Program-made: the position numbers and the translations under genes
Notes under the pieces: model-generated
Database searches by the model: none
Seen by the model: only the letters and a program-made list of their open reading frames with translations
Told to the model about the DNA's origin: nothing
Shown here: piece after piece, positions 20,396-28,137 of the stretch
Numbering within the stretch: the stretch's first letter is position 1
How the letters are laid out: the number at the start of each line of letters is the position of its first letter
Virus record (IMG/VR): IMGVR_UViG_3300017691_000005
Span: 30,052 to 94,051 of that record
Length of the DNA stretch: 64,000 nt
Reading direction: 5' to 3' (one strand)
Origin: a virus
Lineage: Duplodnaviria > Heunggongvirae > Uroviricota > Caudoviricetes

Positions 20396-21078
20396 GATAC
20401 GTAATACTCTCTATAGATGATAGTAGAAAGAAATATACCGACTCAATCAGAAGACAACTTTGTGATTGGGAAGAAGTCAAGGTCGATTGCGTTAACGGTA
20501 ATGATAAAGATCAGTTAGACAGTGCTATTGAAGAGTTTGGAGTGACCATCGGGCCTGAAAGAAAGGTGGGCCAGATTGGATGCACGTTATCAACTCTAAG
20601 AGCGCTTAGTGCAGATAACGAGCCGGTACTCATCCTCAATGACGATGCCCTTCTATCAGAAAATTTTTCTGAAGAGTTTAGTCGCAGACTTTCTACGCTA
20701 CCTGAATACGATGTTTTTTCAGCGTTTATTCCTAGAGACCATGACTGGTATTTTTATTCAGGTGTTACTCTAAAAGATAGAATAACTAATCTAGAAAATC
20801 AGCATTATTCGAATGGTCATCCCATGTTTCAGTCAAATGGAACCACTTGTCGTGCCTATATGAGATATGGCGGGGTGGCACTTTATTTCACTCCCAATGG
20901 CAAGGATAAATACTTGTCTATGAGACACCTTGAAAAACAAATGGATGACGCATTATATTTGGCAAACTATCATCACACGATGAAAGTTTATACTAGTGTT
21001 CCACACTTACCAGACTTAGCCTATATTACGGGCACCGAGGACAGCATATGTCAGAATACGAGGTTATATTATGAGTGA
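20392..21078 (+). CDS. hypothetical protein
   Basis: 228 aa ORF. Confidence 0.4.
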   Translation: MRYVILSIDDSRKKYTDSIRRQLCDWEEVKVDCVNGNDKDQLDSAIEEFGVTIGPERKVGQIGCTLSTLRALSADNEPVLILNDDALLSENFSEEFSRRLSTLPEYDVFSAFIPRDHDWYFYSGVTLKDRITNLENQHYSNGHPMFQSNGTTCRAYMRYGGVALYFTPNGKDKYLSMRHLEKQMDDALYLANYHHTMKVYTSVPHLPDLAYITGTEDSICQNTRLYYE

Positions 21079-21475
21079 CAATGTAAATCATCCTACCCAC
21101 TACACCGCGCACGAAAGCGGTATTGAAGTCATTGAACTTTCAGAAAAGATGAATTTCTGCACGGGTAATGCTTTCAAATACGTGGCTCGCGCGGGTAAGA
21201 AGTGGGATGAGACAGAAGATCTAGAGAAGGCTCTTTGGTATCTTAATAGAGAGAAGTCTCGTAATGTTATTCTTCCTGACCGACCCGAAGTGTTTGAACT
21301 ATCTATAAAATATCTAGCAGCAGAGACAAACGATTACGTTTTTGATATTATTGCTCCTATCTTTGCTTATGCTTTTAAGAAGAGTGAGTACCCTCATGAT
21401 GTTCTCAAAGACGCTATCGAACAATTAGAGGAGTATATAAAATTTGTAAGAGGTGAAAAGGATGGCGGGAACTGA
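21071..21475 (+). CDS. DUF3310-family phage protein
   Basis: N-terminal NHPTHYT...IEVIE...GNAFKYVARAG motif typical of DUF3310. Confidence 0.55.
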   Translation: MSDNVNHPTHYTAHESGIEVIELSEKMNFCTGNAFKYVARAGKKWDETEDLEKALWYLNREKSRNVILPDRPEVFELSIKYLAAETNDYVFDIIAPIFAYAFKKSEYPHDVLKDAIEQLEEYIKFVRGEKDGGN

Positions 21476-21992
21476 ACTAGACTTAGCAGAACGTTACCAG
21501 CGACAAAACAAGGTCATTGAGTTACATCTTGAAGGACATTCGCCGAATGTTATTGCTAAGAAACTAAGTTATAAATATAAAGAAGTTGTTGAGCATATTG
21601 CTGAGTTCAACGAAATTTCTAAGAATGATGAGATGCTACGTGAACGTGGCCGTCAGTCTGTTCATAACTATGACGAATCTATCAATAGAGTTCAGCGCGA
21701 AATGTGGCGACTCGCTCAAGATGCTGAAGACGCCGGTGATTTAAAGACTAGAGGGACCATTCTCAAGTCCATTGCTGATACTCAAGCAAAACGTGTGGAA
21801 GTTCTTCAAAAATCTGGGATTCTTGCAGACAACAAGATTGTCGAAGAGATGGCAGCAACCGAAGAGAAGATGCGCGTACTTACAGAAATTTTAAGAGAGG
21901 TGTCACGACACTGCGATAACTGTAGAGTAGAAGTTGCTAGACAGTTGTCAATGCTCGCCGGTAGAACCGAAGAAATTGTCGTGGTTCAATAA
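21453..21992 (+). CDS. terminase small subunit candidate
   Basis: 179 aa, N-terminal HTH-like segment, immediately upstream and coupled to the terminase large subunit. Confidence 0.4.
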   Translation: MKRMAGTELDLAERYQRQNKVIELHLEGHSPNVIAKKLSYKYKEVVEHIAEFNEISKNDEMLRERGRQSVHNYDESINRVQREMWRLAQDAEDAGDLKTRGTILKSIADTQAKRVEVLQKSGILADNKIVEEMAATEEKMRVLTEILREVSRHCDNCRVEVARQLSMLAGRTEEIVVVQ

Positions 21993-23794
21993 TGAGTGTA
22001 GATTTTTCAGACATACTAGATCTTCTTAATGAAGATATCTTTGAAGAGACACCAGCAACAATAGAAGAGTTTGTTACCCAAAAAGATTATCTTGGGTTGC
22101 CGCCTTTATCTGATGAGCAGTATGATCTTATTAAAGCAAGCACCCAGATATATAAACAAGAAACTCTTGAAAATTTACTATCTGAGGATGAGGCTGCAAA
22201 ACGTTGGAGTCAAACATTCAATGAGGTAGTTGCTATTTGGGGAAAGGGTAGCGGTAAGGACTATTGTTCTGAAATATCTTGTTGCTACATCGTTCACCTT
22301 CTTTTATGTCTGAAAAATCCTCAAGAATACTTTGGTAAACCGCCGGGTGACTATATTGACATCATGAACATTGCGCTTAATGCTCAACAGGCTAATAACG
22401 TTTTCTTCAAAGGTTTGAGAGCCAGAGTAAGGAATAGCCCTTGGTTCGAAGGTCGTTTTGATGCTAGAGGTAGTGAAATAGAATTTGATAAGTCCATTCG
22501 CATCATTTCTGGTCATTCAGAGTCAGAATCTCTAGAAGGATATAACGTACTTGTTGTTGTACTCGATGAGATCGCTGGTTTCGATCAGGCTCCCACCACG
22601 GGACTAAGTAAGAGGATCACTGCTGATTCTACTTACAAGATGCACAGAGCGTCAGTAAGTTCTCGTTTTGGTAAGCAAGGTAAGTTAATTCTTCTTTCGT
22701 TCCCTCGTCACAAGTCAGATTTTATTATGACTAAATACAATGAAGTCGTGGCTGAGAAGGAAATTGTCAAGAAGACTCACGAATTCAAACTAGATCCAGA
22801 ACTTCCTGACGATATTGAATCCAACAAGTTCAAAATTGAATGGGAAGAAGATACTATTACTGCTTATCGTTTCCCAGGCGTGTATGCAATTAGGAGACCA
22901 ACATGGGCGGTCAACCCTACAAAACAGATTGACGATTTTGCCCTGTCCTTCTATCGTGACTCTGCCGACTCAATGGGACGCTTCGCTGCACAACCCCCTG
23001 AGACTGTGGATGCGTTCTTTCATGACGATGAGGTAATTAATAGATCGCTGAGTCAGCCAAACGGTGTTGACGAAGAGGGAAGGTTTAGAAACAGTTTTGA
23101 GCCTGATGTTGACAAACAGTATTTCCTTCATGTTGACTTGGCTCAGGTCCACGACCGCGCAGCGGTAGCGGTGGCCCATGTTGAGACATGGAAGCAAACA
23201 GAACTGTTTGGTCAAAAGTTTTCTATACAACCTTATATAGTTGTTGACTGTATAAGATACTGGACTCCTACCAAACAAGATCCTATTGATTTCAAAAACA
23301 TTCAAGATTTCATCATTGGATTGAAAAATCGTAAGTTCAATATTAAGTTAGTCTCATTCGACCAGTGGAACAGTTTTGCCATGATGGAGGAACTGTCTGG
23401 GTACGGTATGAAGACTAAACGTTTTAGTGTTGCAAATGATGAATATATCGATGTTAAGCAGATTATGCATGAAGGCCGGTTGCAGGGACCTGACATTCCT
23501 ATTCTTAAAGAAGAGATGAGAAGACTTAGATTATTCCCTAATGGAAAAATCGACCACCCCTATAACGGATCAAAGGACTTGTTGGACGCTATGGCAGGTG
23601 CTATAGTTAGTGCAGCATCGAACAGCGATCGTAACAGTTCTTTTGAGATTGAGGTTATGACTGCTGCCGACATTAGAGATAGTGCTCGTAAAGAAAGAGA
23701 ATTAGAGCGACCAGGAAAGGTGATCAAGGAAGCACCTAAGAATGAGATGCCAAATGAGTTGAGGGATTTCATTACTAAAATGAAAATGTTCTAG
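21992..23794 (+). CDS. terminase large subunit
   Basis: Walker A GKGSGKD, Walker B VVVLDEIAGF, C-terminal RNaseH-like nuclease (DLAQVHDRAAVAV ... DHPYNGSKDLLDAMAGA). Confidence 0.75.
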   Translation: MSVDFSDILDLLNEDIFEETPATIEEFVTQKDYLGLPPLSDEQYDLIKASTQIYKQETLENLLSEDEAAKRWSQTFNEVVAIWGKGSGKDYCSEISCCYIVHLLLCLKNPQEYFGKPPGDYIDIMNIALNAQQANNVFFKGLRARVRNSPWFEGRFDARGSEIEFDKSIRIISGHSESESLEGYNVLVVVLDEIAGFDQAPTTGLSKRITADSTYKMHRASVSSRFGKQGKLILLSFPRHKSDFIMTKYNEVVAEKEIVKKTHEFKLDPELPDDIESNKFKIEWEEDTITAYRFPGVYAIRRPTWAVNPTKQIDDFALSFYRDSADSMGRFAAQPPETVDAFFHDDEVINRSLSQPNGVDEEGRFRNSFEPDVDKQYFLHVDLAQVHDRAAVAVAHVETWKQTELFGQKFSIQPYIVVDCIRYWTPTKQDPIDFKNIQDFIIGLKNRKFNIKLVSFDQWNSFAMMEELSGYGMKTKRFSVANDEYIDVKQIMHEGRLQGPDIPILKEEMRRLRLFPNGKIDHPYNGSKDLLDAMAGAIVSAASNSDRNSSFEIEVMTAADIRDSARKERELERPGKVIKEAPKNEMPNELRDFITKMKMF

Positions 23795-23802
23795 GAGGAA
23801 AA

Positions 23803-24318
23803 ATGGGATTTGGACTTGTCACACGTCAGGAGATTGTTGAGGTTCTGACTGAAAGAGATGGGTATTCGTGCTATCTTTTTGGCTGCACTCTTCCATTTAC
23901 CGAGGACAATCCACCTACTATTGACCACTTCATGCCTCAGGAATGGTGCCGCAGGCAGGGTTGGACTTTTGAGCAGATCAACGATATTTCAAATTTGAAG
24001 TTGGCTCACAAAAAGTGTAACTCTCTGAAGAGCAACATTGTTCCGAATGAGGATGGAACAATTGACATTCCTGTGCGAGAGCCTAGAAGTATCAAATCAC
24101 CTCGCTCACCTATTTGTGATACCTGTTATTCAGGTCGTCTACTTTTGGCGGGTGAAGAGTGTGAAATGTGTGGCTCAGGTCCTCAACCTGCATCTGCTCC
24201 TAAGTATCTACAGGTTCCTATCAAGGAGTGTGACCACGATCAAACTTATTGCGCCTACTGTTACATCGGTATCATTCCTCGAAAGAGCGCACTAGAGCAT
24301 CTTTTAGTTGGGCCATGA
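23803..24318 (+). CDS. HNH endonuclease (terminase-associated)
   Basis: TIDHFMPQEWCRRQGW...NLKLAHKKCNSLKSN HNH motif; C-terminal Cys clusters. Confidence 0.6.
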   Translation: MGFGLVTRQEIVEVLTERDGYSCYLFGCTLPFTEDNPPTIDHFMPQEWCRRQGWTFEQINDISNLKLAHKKCNSLKSNIVPNEDGTIDIPVREPRSIKSPRSPICDTCYSGRLLLAGEECEMCGSGPQPASAPKYLQVPIKECDHDQTYCAYCYIGIIPRKSALEHLLVGP

Positions 24319-24536
24319 CTCTATTTATTACATCTTATGTGTTATGCGGGGTGGGGTTATCACTCATGGTAACCTTTGCCCTGTATAAAAATCCTGTATT
24401 TCGTAAATATTTCTTTGGCGTATTTAAGAATGATATAGGTGTATCAAAAGATTGGGCTATTGTTATTATGTTTGTTATGTACATACTGCTATGGCCTTAT
24501 TTTATGATAATGTCAATTTTGAAGACTAGGGCTTGA
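24315..24536 (+). CDS. small membrane protein (2 TM)
   Basis: internal start MTLFITSYV, ATGA overlap, two hydrophobic helices. Confidence 0.4.
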   Translation: MTLFITSYVLCGVGLSLMVTFALYKNPVFRKYFFGVFKNDIGVSKDWAIVIMFVMYILLWPYFMIMSILKTRA

Positions 24537-24571
24537 CACCATCGTTTGAGCAATGTAGTCTTATAGCATAT

Positions 24572-24642
24572 TGCCCCGTGGTGTAACGGCAGCACAAAAG
24601 TTTCTGGTACTTTTGGTCTTAGTTCGAATCTAGGCGGGGTAG
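24572..24642 (+). tRNA. tRNA-Gln (CTG)
   Basis: 7-bp acceptor TGCCCCG/CGGGGTA, anticodon loop TTCTGGT, T-arm CTTAG-TTCGAAT-CTAGG, 3-bp D-stem. Confidence 0.6.
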
Positions 24643-24710
24643 CGCTAAATAATCACAGTTTTGTTATACTGAGTTAACACTTGCGTGTAACGCTAAGGAG
24701 GTGCTACAGT

Positions 24711-24800
24711 ATGGCTAAAGGATTGAACGTAACAACAGCGAAGCCAAAGAAGAATGGAAAGATTGCTTCTAAGCCCGTTGGACAGAAGTTAACTAAGTGA
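24711..24800 (+). CDS. small lysine-rich basic protein (29 aa)
   Basis: strong RBS CTAAGGAGGTGCTACAGTATG; MAKGLNVTTAKPKKNGKIASKPVGQKLTK. Confidence 0.35.
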   Translation: MAKGLNVTTAKPKKNGKIASKPVGQKLTK

Positions 24801-24878
24801 TTTAAGTTGTGCGAGTCGAATGTTATCGATTATCTTATGTCGAAAATCTCGATAGCAGTTAACATATTCGCACACATT

Positions 24879-24949
24879 GTCGGTGTAGTTTAATGGTAGA
24901 ACAAGACGCTTCCAACGTTTTAGCGGGAGTTCGATTCTCCCTACCGGCT
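24879..24949 (+). tRNA. tRNA-Gly (TCC)
   Basis: acceptor GTCGGTG/TACCGGC, D-arm GTTT-AATGGTA-GAAC, anticodon loop CTTCCAA, T-arm GGGAG-TTCGATT-CTCCC. Confidence 0.65.
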
Positions 24950-25048
24950 CGTTCACAACCTAGAGAGTCTGTAACCAGTTTACAGCGAACCCGCACTACC
25001 AGGAGGCGGGGAGTTTGGGAGGGTATTGTCTAGGAAGAACCTCTATTT

Positions 25049-25120
25049 GGCCTCATCGTCTATCGGTTAGGATACAGGACTTTCATTCCTGTGGACGGAG
25101 TTCGACTCTCCGTGAGGCTG
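25049..25120 (+). tRNA. tRNA-Glu (TTC)
   Basis: acceptor GGCCTCA/TGAGGCT, anticodon arm CAGGA-CTTTCAT-TCCTG, T-arm CGGAG-TTCGACT-CTCCG. Confidence 0.6.
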
Positions 25121-25210
25121 CGTAATGGTACGGAGGAATTCGGTTATCTTCAATATGGTGAATCGCGGCTCGGCCGCATAACCCGAATCCATAACATGAC
25201 CATTCATTTA
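25121..25210 (+). ncRNA. inter-tRNA structured element (a), Y-RNA-like family member
   Basis: motif GGAGGAATTCGGTTATC paired with downstream CCCGAATCC, internal GCGGCTCGGCCGC hairpin, 3' motif CCATAACATGACC; flanking AATGGT/ACCATT helix. Confidence 0.4.
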
Positions 25211-25284
25211 TCCGGTGCCACTGTGGGTAAGTCGGGGAGCCTCCAAAACTCCTGTCAGTTAGAGTTCGATTCTCTACACCGGGG
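25211..25284 (+). tRNA. tRNA-Trp (CCA), D-arm atypical
   Basis: acceptor TCCGGTG/CACCGGG (U1-G72), anticodon loop CTCCAAA, T-arm TAGAG-TTCGATT-CTCTA. Confidence 0.45.
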
Positions 25285-25285
25285 C

Positions 25286-25618
25286 GTGGAAAATTTCTGG
25301 AAGGGATCTTTCGCTCCCATAAGAAAACATATTGTTGGATATGACTTCGGTAATTTGGCAGTCAACCCTGGCGATGGAGAAGTTTATATAGAAGTAACTT
25401 TACATTTTGGCGGCGTCACTCAAGGTAAGAAATGGGGCGACAACGGAGGTGAAGGTTATACATACTATTTACTGTATGATAGTGTTCCAGAACAAGATCT
25501 AAGAGAAATCCTAGATGATCCACAATACGTTGAGTTTGATTCAACATTAAGAATCATAGGGAATTATGCAGATGGATACGTAGTTCTATATCCAGCAAAA
25601 TTAATTCCAAGTATATAA
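25286..25618 (+). CDS. hypothetical protein (N-terminus of ORF 25091..25618 trimmed because it overlaps tRNAs)
   Basis: GTG at 25286 is the first start after tRNA-Trp; weak RBS. Confidence 0.3.
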   Translation: MENFWKGSFAPIRKHIVGYDFGNLAVNPGDGEVYIEVTLHFGGVTQGKKWGDNGGEGYTYYLLYDSVPEQDLREILDDPQYVEFDSTLRIIGNYADGYVVLYPAKLIPSI

Positions 25619-25693
25619 CGGGATATAGCGCAGTTTGGTCAGCGCGCTCGGTTTGGGTCCGAGAGGCCGTGGGTTCGAATCCCTCTATCCCGA
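25619..25693 (+). tRNA. tRNA-Pro (TGG)
   Basis: acceptor CGGGATA/TATCCCG, D-arm GCGC-AGTTTGGTCA-GCGC, anticodon arm CTCGG-TTTGGGT-CCGAG, T-loop TTCGAAT. Confidence 0.65.
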
Positions 25694-25706
25694 CGTAGTA
25701 CGATAT

Positions 25707-25779
25707 GGGTGTATAGTTCAGCGGTTAGAGCACTATCCTGATAAGATAGAAGTCGTGAGTTCAAATCTCACTGCACCTA
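25707..25779 (+). tRNA. tRNA-Ile (GAT)
   Basis: anticodon arm CTATC-CTGATAA-GATAG, T-arm GTGAG-TTCAAAT-CTCAC, acceptor GGGTGTA/TGCACCT. Confidence 0.65.
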
Positions 25780-25975
25780 CTTGAATGAGTCGAAGAGTTT
25801 CGGTTATCAACCTTTGTCTAATAAACAAATTAACACCGATTCTCACAACATATTCATTCTCAAGTTTCAAGGTACGAATGTCTTTCTTTATCAAAAGTTC
25901 AACTCTTTTATTTTCCACCACAAGGAAAATAGCCCGTTGGGGGCGCTGGAAGCCAATAACATGACCTTGATTTAT
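25780..25975 (+). ncRNA. inter-tRNA structured element (b), Y-RNA-like family member (long variant)
   Basis: 5' motif CGAAGAGTTTCGGTTATC (25801-25818), 3' motif CAATAACATGACCTTGAT (25954-25971) identical to element (d); no credible ORF. Confidence 0.35.
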
Positions 25976-26048
25976 GCATGTCGGTGGCGCTGGTGTGTCA
26001 GAGACTTTTACACAGTCTTGTAGAAGAGTTCAATCCTCTTGGCATGTA
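25976..26048 (+). tRNA. tRNA-Val (TAC)
   Basis: acceptor GCATGTC/GGCATGT, D-stem TGGC/GTCA, anticodon arm AGACT-TTTACAC-AGTCT, T-arm AAGAG-TTCAATC-CTCTT. Confidence 0.6.
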
Positions 26049-26066
26049 CACACAGAAAGGTTCCTC

Positions 26067-26588
26067 ATGATAGAGGTAACGTTCCTTACTCATACGTTAG
26101 AGTATATTATTACTTACAAAGATGTACCGGCAAACCTTTATTACACAATGGTAATACCTCAGGAGGTAATGTTGGTTAGTGATATACCTTATAATGTTAT
26201 TGCATCAATAGATACTAAAGAGAAATATTTGCAGATGGCTAATGCTCTTCAAGATGTTATTATCGAAATGAAATCATTAATCAAGTCTGTAAACTTAACT
26301 GCTGGCATTATTGATCATAAAATGGTTGAATTGACAGACAGTAATAATTTTAACAGCCTGTCAGCACAACTACCGGCAATGAAAGAGATGGTACTATGTC
26401 CTCGTAAGGGCGAGGTTACTAAAGACAGCATTTACGGTTCTGAGTGCGAGGCGGTCCCTAATGCCCTTTGGAATGTCATTCAACACCTGAATGATGATCA
26501 TAGACTTACCCGTGAAGAAATTGCTGATTGGGTGAGAACTTTACCGTTTGATACTACATTCAAAAATCCCAATATGGATAAAGCCTAA
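26067..26588 (+). CDS. hypothetical protein (start moved to MIEVTF downstream of tRNA-Val)
   Basis: ORF 25974..26588 overlaps a tRNA at its 5' end; the internal ATG at 26067 follows AAAGG. Confidence 0.4.
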   Translation: MIEVTFLTHTLEYIITYKDVPANLYYTMVIPQEVMLVSDIPYNVIASIDTKEKYLQMANALQDVIIEMKSLIKSVNLTAGIIDHKMVELTDSNNFNSLSAQLPAMKEMVLCPRKGEVTKDSIYGSECEAVPNALWNVIQHLNDDHRLTREEIADWVRTLPFDTTFKNPNMDKA

Positions 26589-26598
26589 GGAGAATATT

Positions 26599-26811
26599 AT
26601 GAACACAATGATTGAAGCCAAGGTTGCAGAAATTCGTAGTAATATCACTGACTCTGAACTAGAGGGTATGACTCGTCCGTTTGACCTAGCAGACGCAATT
26701 ATGGAGGGTTCCAGTGTGTCGAGTCAGTCATACACTTGGGGTAACGGTGAAAATGCTTGTGCTTTGTCAGCGGCTGTCATGTCCGCTAAAGCACGCGGCT
26801 ATCTAGATTGA
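26599..26811 (+). CDS. hypothetical protein
   Basis: RBS GGAGAATATTATG. Confidence 0.4.
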   Translation: MNTMIEAKVAEIRSNITDSELEGMTRPFDLADAIMEGSSVSSQSYTWGNGENACALSAAVMSAKARGYLD

Positions 26812-27344
26812 ATTTTCTGAGAAGGCCGGTCAAGAATATGATTCCACCGTTTGTTCTTCAATGTCAGACATTTTATAGATCTAGAGTATCTGAGACCGGT
26901 AGCGATGATCCATTTAAAACATATCCAGAACAACGCAAAAAAGTTACATTCGATGAGGCCAACCTTATCAGCAGTCGTGTAGACGACGGGTATGGAGGAC
27001 AAAGTAATTATCATCGACCAGTTCTAGATATAGATATTCCTATAGCGGTAGTCCCTAGTTCTACATTAGGTCATAATCACCTCTTCATCAATAAGGAGAT
27101 GACCAGTGATCAATATCAAAGACTGCTAGAAGTTCTTCGTGATCTAGGTATTATTGAACATGGATACATGAAGCAGTTTAATATTCTTGGAGAGACATGT
27201 GTACGAACACCTCATGCTCCTAAGGGTAGTGCTTTAGAGAAACAAATTAACGAAGAGTTTAAACAGTCTTCTGAGAAAGAAGATATTAAGAAACAGATTG
27301 AGATCTTGCAGTCGCGTCTTGACGCGCTTGAAGATGGTTGGTAG
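26808..27344 (+). CDS. hypothetical protein
   Basis: 178 aa ORF, ATGA coupling. Confidence 0.45.
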   Translation: MNFLRRPVKNMIPPFVLQCQTFYRSRVSETGSDDPFKTYPEQRKKVTFDEANLISSRVDDGYGGQSNYHRPVLDIDIPIAVVPSSTLGHNHLFINKEMTSDQYQRLLEVLRDLGIIEHGYMKQFNILGETCVRTPHAPKGSALEKQINEEFKQSSEKEDIKKQIEILQSRLDALEDGW

Positions 27345-27351
27345 AGTTATA

Positions 27352-27462
27352 CATGTTGAGCCGGAAGAGTTCGGTTATCTATCTGTCAAATAGGCGACAC
27401 GGTTCGATTCCGTGATTGGATGGTTCCTAGTTAAAACCCGAAGTCTATAACACGTTCAACAC
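27352..27462 (+). ncRNA. inter-tRNA structured element (c), Y-RNA-like family member with T-arm-like hairpin
   Basis: GGAAGAGTTCGGTTATC ... CACGG-TTCGATT-CCGTG ... GGATGGTTCC ... CCCGAAGTCTATAACACG; closing helix GTTGA/TCAAC. Confidence 0.4.
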
Positions 27463-27591
27463 TTAGATTTGCTTGTCTTGACTAGACAAGAGCCAGCGGA
27501 TATACCCAGAGGGACTAGTCATTCTTCGCCATACCCGCCTGTCACAACAGGTATATTTGTAAAGGGTATGGATCATCGCGGCTGGCACCCT

Positions 27592-27667
27592 GCCCATTGG
27601 TGCTGCGTTGGTTGCGGCAGCGATTCTTATAAAATCGTGGCCCTGAGTTCAATTCTCAGAATGGGTA
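27592..27667 (+). tRNA. tRNA-Ile (TAT)
   Basis: acceptor GCCCATT/AATGGGT, D-stem TGCT/GGCA, anticodon arm CGATT-CTTATAA-AATCG, T-arm CTGAG-TTCAATT-CTCAG. Confidence 0.5.
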
Positions 27668-27816
27668 CTTCAAGGTACGGATGCTATTCGGTTATCGAAT
27701 TTGGATCGAGTTGAGGGAGTTCGAATCTCTCTGCCCGCACTTCATGCGGGTATGGTGTAATGGCAGCACGCTAAAAACCCGAATGCAATAACATGACCTT
27801 GATACCTGGAAGTACA
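27666..27816 (+). ncRNA. candidate YrlA-like Y RNA with circularly permuted tRNA-like domain (element d)
   Basis: outer helix GTACTTCAAGGTA (27666-78) / TACCTGGAAGTAC (27804-16); order T-arm GGGAG-TTCGAAT-CTCTC, acceptor-3' TGCCCGC, loop ACTTCAT, acceptor-5' GCGGGTA, TG, D-arm GTG-TAATGGCAG-CAC; motifs TATTCGG/CCCGAAT and CAATAACATGACC; about 320 nt upstream of the Ro60 gene. Confidence 0.5.
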
Positions 27817-27895
27817 ATCCGAAAGTTGGCGACGGAGACGGTCTTGAAAACCGTTGAGCGTAAAAGCCTTGTGGGTTCGACCCCCACTGCTTCCG
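27808..27895 (+). tRNA. tRNA-Ser (TGA), class II
   Basis: acceptor GGAAGTA/TGCTTCC, D-stem TCCG/CGGA, anticodon arm ACGGT-CTTGAAA-ACCGT, long variable arm, T-arm GTGGG-TTCGACC-CCCAC. Confidence 0.55.
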
Positions 27896-27921
27896 CATCA
27901 TCCCTACTACATTAGGAAAAT

Positions 27922-28137
27922 ATGTCTGAAGTATTATGGACAGATAAACAGCAATTAGAAGATCTTGTAGGTCTTATTACAAAAGCCGTGATGGACGGTG
28001 CGTTTATTGGATACTCTGAAGTCACAGAGCCTAAACTCCTAAAAGTAATTTCAGATACTTCTATGGCTGTGACAAAACTTTACACAGATTTTCTCAACCG
28101 AGAAGCAAACACTATTTCCCAGAAAGGGGACGAATAA
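27922..28137 (+). CDS. hypothetical protein
   Basis: 71 aa, RBS AGGAAAATATG; stop overlaps the start of the Ro60 gene. Confidence 0.45.
   Translation: MSEVLWTDKQQLEDLVGLITKAVMDGAFIGYSEVTEPKLLKVISDTSMAVTKLYTDFLNREANTISQKGDE

Noticed and set aside
25091-25285. N-terminal 65 codons of ORF 25091-25618
   Set aside because: This stretch overlaps tRNA-Glu, element (a) and tRNA-Trp. Any real CDS must start downstream (GTG 25286), and even that is weak.
25733-25921. Minus-strand ORF and ORF 25781-26023 in the tRNA-Ile/Val spacer
   Set aside because: They overlap tRNA-Ile, structured element (b) and tRNA-Val, so they are spurious.
27469-27901. ORFs 27469-27714 (+) and 27692-27901 (-)
   Set aside because: They run through tRNA-Ile(TAT), the Y-RNA-like element and tRNA-Ser, and there is no coding signal.
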